A stretch of 64,000 nucleotides of DNA from Candidatus Latescibacterota bacterium (GTDB lineage: Bacteria > Krumholzibacteriota > Krumholzibacteriia > WVZY01): positions 96,001 to 160,000 of the forward strand of contig CAWBQK010000015.1 of NCBI GenBank assembly GCA_963791045.1, in the 5' to 3' direction. Positions 60,919 through 64,000 of this stretch are shown one piece after another. Numbering within the stretch: the first letter of the stretch is position 1; each line of letters opens with the position of its first letter. The position numbers and the translations under genes were made by a program. The notes beneath the pieces are model-generated. The model saw nothing but the letters and a program-made list of their open reading frames with translations, was not told the DNA's origin and did no database searches.

Positions 60919-61592
60919 TACTCGGTCAATTCGATTTTCTCAACGCCAAGAAAACGGAACCCCTGGTAGTTGGGGTTGAGAAGAAGTCCTCTGTCGCGCC
61001 TTTCGGTCACGACAATTTCCCTGGCGATCGCCCTGGCGTCCTCATCCGAATCGGCAGCGACTGCCAATTGCCACCACGTTCCCAGTATGTGTACCACCAC
61101 TGGAGCCGCAGAAAGCTCGTCCTCGAGCTTTCTCGAAATCTTCTCTTTCGCGGAGGTATCTATATCCTCCACGAGGATATCGGTCTTAAAGACCGACGTA
61201 TCTTTAAGGATAACCTGAATCTTTTCTTCATTGCCAATGAAATCTGGTCCGGAGCCCGCTGTAATTGACGATCTGACCTGCGCGGCAAGCTGGTGATTCT
61301 GTTCCAGCGGCGAGATTCCGTCCACGAACTCCTCTCCATCCCATGCACACCTCAGCAAATAGTTGTGTTTATTTCGATTATAGAATGTAGCCTGTGTGTT
61401 GAGCACACGCCGCAGCGTCGCAAGAGTCTTCTGGGGGTCATCGGTCTCGATAGAGAACGCGAATGAGTCCATCCGCCTCAGGCCTAGAAGCTTACGCTCA
61501 TAACCCATTTTACTGCAAAGGGTTATCATCGCCGTGTTCGCGACGAGATCGGCGCCCTTGAGCATTACATCCAGTGTCACATCGATCGTCAC
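60918..61592 (-). CDS. Tandem PurS-like protein (two PurS-fold domains in one chain)
   Basis: Overlaps the purQ stop. Domain 1 V.LDVMLK..D....A...L...GY.....R..F.IE..N...Y; domain 2 ends LLLNPNYQGFRF (cf. PurS LLANPVIEDY). Confidence 0.7.
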   Translation of the reverse strand: MTIDVTLDVMLKGADLVANTAMITLCSKMGYERKLLGLRRMDSFAFSIETDDPQKTLATLRRVLNTQATFYNRNKHNYLLRCAWDGEEFVDGISPLEQNHQLAAQVRSSITAGSGPDFIGNEEKIQVILKDTSVFKTDILVEDIDTSAKEKISRKLEDELSAAPVVVHILGTWWQLAVAADSDEDARAIAREIVVTERRDRGLLLNPNYQGFRFLGVEKIELTE

Positions 61593-62413
61593 TGCGCAAG
61601 CCCCTTTCGGAGTGACTCAAAAAATCCTCGACCGGGACCCGGGAGATACATGGAATCTCCGCCGGCCGTCTCACGTGTCCGCCCCCACACACCACCCATG
61701 CGTCTCGGCACCTGGTGAAGCCATGTGGCGCGCTCGGGGTGCGGCATAAGAGCCAAAACATTGCCACCGGGGTTTGTCACACCGGCAATAGCAAGGAACG
61801 AACCGTTTGGATTGTCGGGGAATGTCTCCGCCGTGCGGCCGTCGGCCGACGCGTAGAGCACCGCTATGCCCTTTTGTGATTCGAGGCTGCCCGCAACACC
61901 CTTCGAGGCGGTTACAAATCGTCCCTCGGCGTGGGCGAGCGGCACCGGAACCGTCCCCGCGTCGTCGTCGAGGCCGTCGAAAAAATCGGTGAATATGCTC
62001 GGCGCGGGCCCCTTCTTCAAACGGACCCAGTTGCAATAGTATCCGCTCCGGTCCGGCATCCGGTTCGGCGCAAGCGCCAGGTCGATCGCCCCGGATTCGA
62101 AACCAGGAACTGCGCCCGCTTCGACCAATATCTGCGCGCCGTTGCAGATTCCCATCACGGGAATGCCACGCTCGGCCGCTTCGAATACCGCGTCCATGAT
62201 CTGGTCCTTGGCGGCGACCACACCGGCGCGAATCCGGTCCTGATAGGAAAACCCGCCGGGGAGCACGATTGCCGCGGCGTCCCGGAGAGATTCGGCCGGA
62301 GCGTTCCAGCGGAGAATCCCCGCTTCGAGCCCAACCGCCTCGAGTGCAAGAACGGTTTCATACTCGCAGTTGACACCGGGAAACTGAATGACGACGACTT
62401 TACCCTTCATCAT
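61589..62413 (-). CDS. purQ: FGAM synthase glutaminase subunit
   Basis: FPGVNCE, LPGGFSY.D..RAG, GICNGAQIL, AHAEGRF, NPNGS, MPHPER. Confidence 0.96.
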   Translation of the reverse strand: MMKGKVVVIQFPGVNCEYETVLALEAVGLEAGILRWNAPAESLRDAAAIVLPGGFSYQDRIRAGVVAAKDQIMDAVFEAAERGIPVMGICNGAQILVEAGAVPGFESGAIDLALAPNRMPDRSGYYCNWVRLKKGPAPSIFTDFFDGLDDDAGTVPVPLAHAEGRFVTASKGVAGSLESQKGIAVLYASADGRTAETFPDNPNGSFLAIAGVTNPGGNVLALMPHPERATWLHQVPRRMGGVWGRTRETAGGDSMYLPGPGRGFFESLRKGLAQ

Positions 62414-62419
62414 TATCCT

Positions 62420-64000
62420 CTATGCGAAAAGCGGGTTGCACTTGCCGTTGACACGGTGCGCCGAATCGATTTCGGCGACGGTCACGTTGACTTCTTCTCC
62501 GCCCCACTTTATGACGAGCGAGGCATCTTCGGTTGTTTCGCCGAGCGGCTGCCACGTTGTTCCATCCGCGGCGAGGTCCTTTGCGAAATCGTCCCAGCGG
62601 TCGGGAGCGATTTCAACGACGATGCCGCCAAACTCGCCAAAGAGATATGGCGCGGCGGCATCTCCATCGGGCACGACTCCAGTGAGATCAATCAGACACC
62701 CGCGCGGAGACGGCTCGCCGGCGATCATCATTTCTCCGAGTGTGACGGTAAGTCCGCCGTGGCTGATGTCGTGCGCGGCAAGGACGGCGCCGTTCGCGAC
62801 CCCGTCGATGAGCGATCGGATCATCGACGCTTCGCGGTCGAGATCGGGGGCGGGCGCATCGTACACGGCGTCCGGCATGAACCGGCGCGCGTATTTGCTT
62901 CCACCCAGACGGTCGTGGAGTTCACCGAGCAAGACCAGTTTTGATCCGGCGCGTTTGAACCCCATGTTCTTGCTCACACTGACGTCGTCAATTCGTCCCG
63001 CCGCGGCCACAATCGGCGTGGGAGCGATTGGTTGTCCGTTTTCGCTCTGGTTGTAGAACGAGACATTGCCCGACACAACGGGGATACCGTGATCGCCGTC
63101 GCGCGAAAGTTTAAGTCCTCTGCACGCGTCGCCGATTCCGCGCACGCCTTCGGAGAATTCCCAGAACACCTCTGGCTGTTCGGGATCTCCGTAGTTCAAA
63201 CAATCCGTGATCGCGAGAGTGCGACCGCCCACGCAGGCGACGTTTCTCACCGCTTCACACACCGACCACACACCACCGAGATACGGATCGACCGCCCCGA
63301 TTGCCGAGTCGCCACCAATACCCGCGGCGACACCAAAATTCTCGCCCCTCATAAAAACAGCGACGGCGGCGTCGGCTTCACCCGGCCGGAGGACGGCCCG
63401 CCCCTGGACTTCACAATCGTAGTGCCGGAAGAGTATCGACTTGTCCGACACGTTGTACGACGAGAGAAGCTCGAGTAACGCGTCTCGCACCGGCGGCGCA
63501 ACGCTAGTGTCCGGTTTGTCCGCGGGCTTTTTCGCCCTGGGCGCGGACTCGCGGTCGTACTCGATTCCCGTGGTGATAACGTCGACATGCGCGTCACATA
63601 CGACTTCCGACCCGCGGGTCAGCTTGAATCTCAGGTCGTCGGTGACGCGACCGATCACGAAGGCGCCCGCGCCCGCATAAATGTGCGGCAAGTCAAAATC
63701 TTCGTTGTAAATCTTTAAGACGGCAGGTGTGAAATCAGTGGGCACAAACAGCGCGTACCGTTCCTGGGTTTCCGAACAGGCGATAACCTCGGACAGGAGA
63801 GAATCCGACGACTTGTGTACATCATCGAGGTTGAGTGTCGCGCCCACACCGCCGGCCTGAGCCATTTCCGACACCGCGCAGGCGATCCCGCCGGCGCCGA
63901 GATCCTTGAAACCGATCGGAATACCGAGCCTCTTTGTCTCGGCAAGAACCACCTTGGTCGCTTCGGCAAGCACCCGTTTGAGGAACGGGTCGGGCACCTG
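62420..64000 (-). CDS. purL: FGAM synthase small PurL (5' part outside the window)
   Basis: DLGAGGI.CA.SEMA, SETQER, EAVRNVACVG, DCLNYGDPE, VSGNVSFYN, AHDISHGGL, LFGE. Confidence 0.96.
   Translation of the reverse strand, partial: QVPDPFLKRVLAEATKVVLAETKRLGIPIGFKDLGAGGIACAVSEMAQAGGVGATLNLDDVHKSSDSLLSEVIACSETQERYALFVPTDFTPAVLKIYNEDFDLPHIYAGAGAFVIGRVTDDLRFKLTRGSEVVCDAHVDVITTGIEYDRESAPRAKKPADKPDTSVAPPVRDALLELLSSYNVSDKSILFRHYDCEVQGRAVLRPGEADAAVAVFMRGENFGVAAGIGGDSAIGAVDPYLGGVWSVCEAVRNVACVGGRTLAITDCLNYGDPEQPEVFWEFSEGVRGIGDACRGLKLSRDGDHGIPVVSGNVSFYNQSENGQPIAPTPIVAAAGRIDDVSVSKNMGFKRAGSKLVLLGELHDRLGGSKYARRFMPDAVYDAPAPDLDREASMIRSLIDGVANGAVLAAHDISHGGLTVTLGEMMIAGEPSPRGCLIDLTGVVPDGDAAAPYLFGEFGGIVVEIAPDRWDDFAKDLAADGTTWQPLGETTEDASLVIKWGGEEVNVTVAEIDSAHRVNGKCNPLFA

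Noticed and set aside
1-64000. tRNA, rRNA, CRISPR arrays, transposases, prophage or defence genes
   Set aside because: None recognised; intergenic spaces are short and show no cloverleaf or regularly spaced repeats.

Overview
A GC-rich, gene-dense stretch of core chromosome from a diderm (LPS-making) bacterium. The SprA, GWxTD and long LptF proteins suggest an FCB-superphylum lineage (inference). Most genes are on the minus strand: purL-purQ-[tandem PurS]-purF relic; TIGR03936/rng; rplU-rpmA; kdsB-pyrG-kdsA-kdsD; lpxL-lptC-lptB-rpoN; hpf-hprK-mannose-class PTS (IIA, IIB, IIC, IID, HPr, EI)-PGI/PMI-sugar nucleotidyltransferase-metK; sprA-glutaminyl cyclase-like M28; rimP-nusA-infB-DUF503-rbfA-truB-ribF; rpsO-pnp-M16; asnS-uvrA; gcvT-H-PA-PB. 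On the plus strand are lptF-lptG-GWxTD, ald, and a sigma54-preceded operon (TPR/Zn-finger membrane protein, DUF4388 protein with a GspG-like tail, UbiA prenyltransferase). I saw no tRNA, rRNA, CRISPR array or transposase. Single-base indels break nusA, lptB, sprA, the M28 gene and uvrA; these look like consensus errors. purF, by contrast, is genuinely decayed. Most interesting: (1) a single-chain tandem PurS, resembling an intermediate between the small and large PurL architectures; (2) the sigma54 TPR/PATAN-pseudopilin-like/UbiA operon; (3) SprA overlapping a Bacteroidota-type glutaminyl cyclase, with SprA itself predicted to start with Gln; (4) a sigma54 site overlapping a sigma70 -35 in front of the rpoN-containing operon; (5) several unexplained structured or palindromic intergenic elements. 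All family assignments come from motifs recognised by eye, not from database searches.
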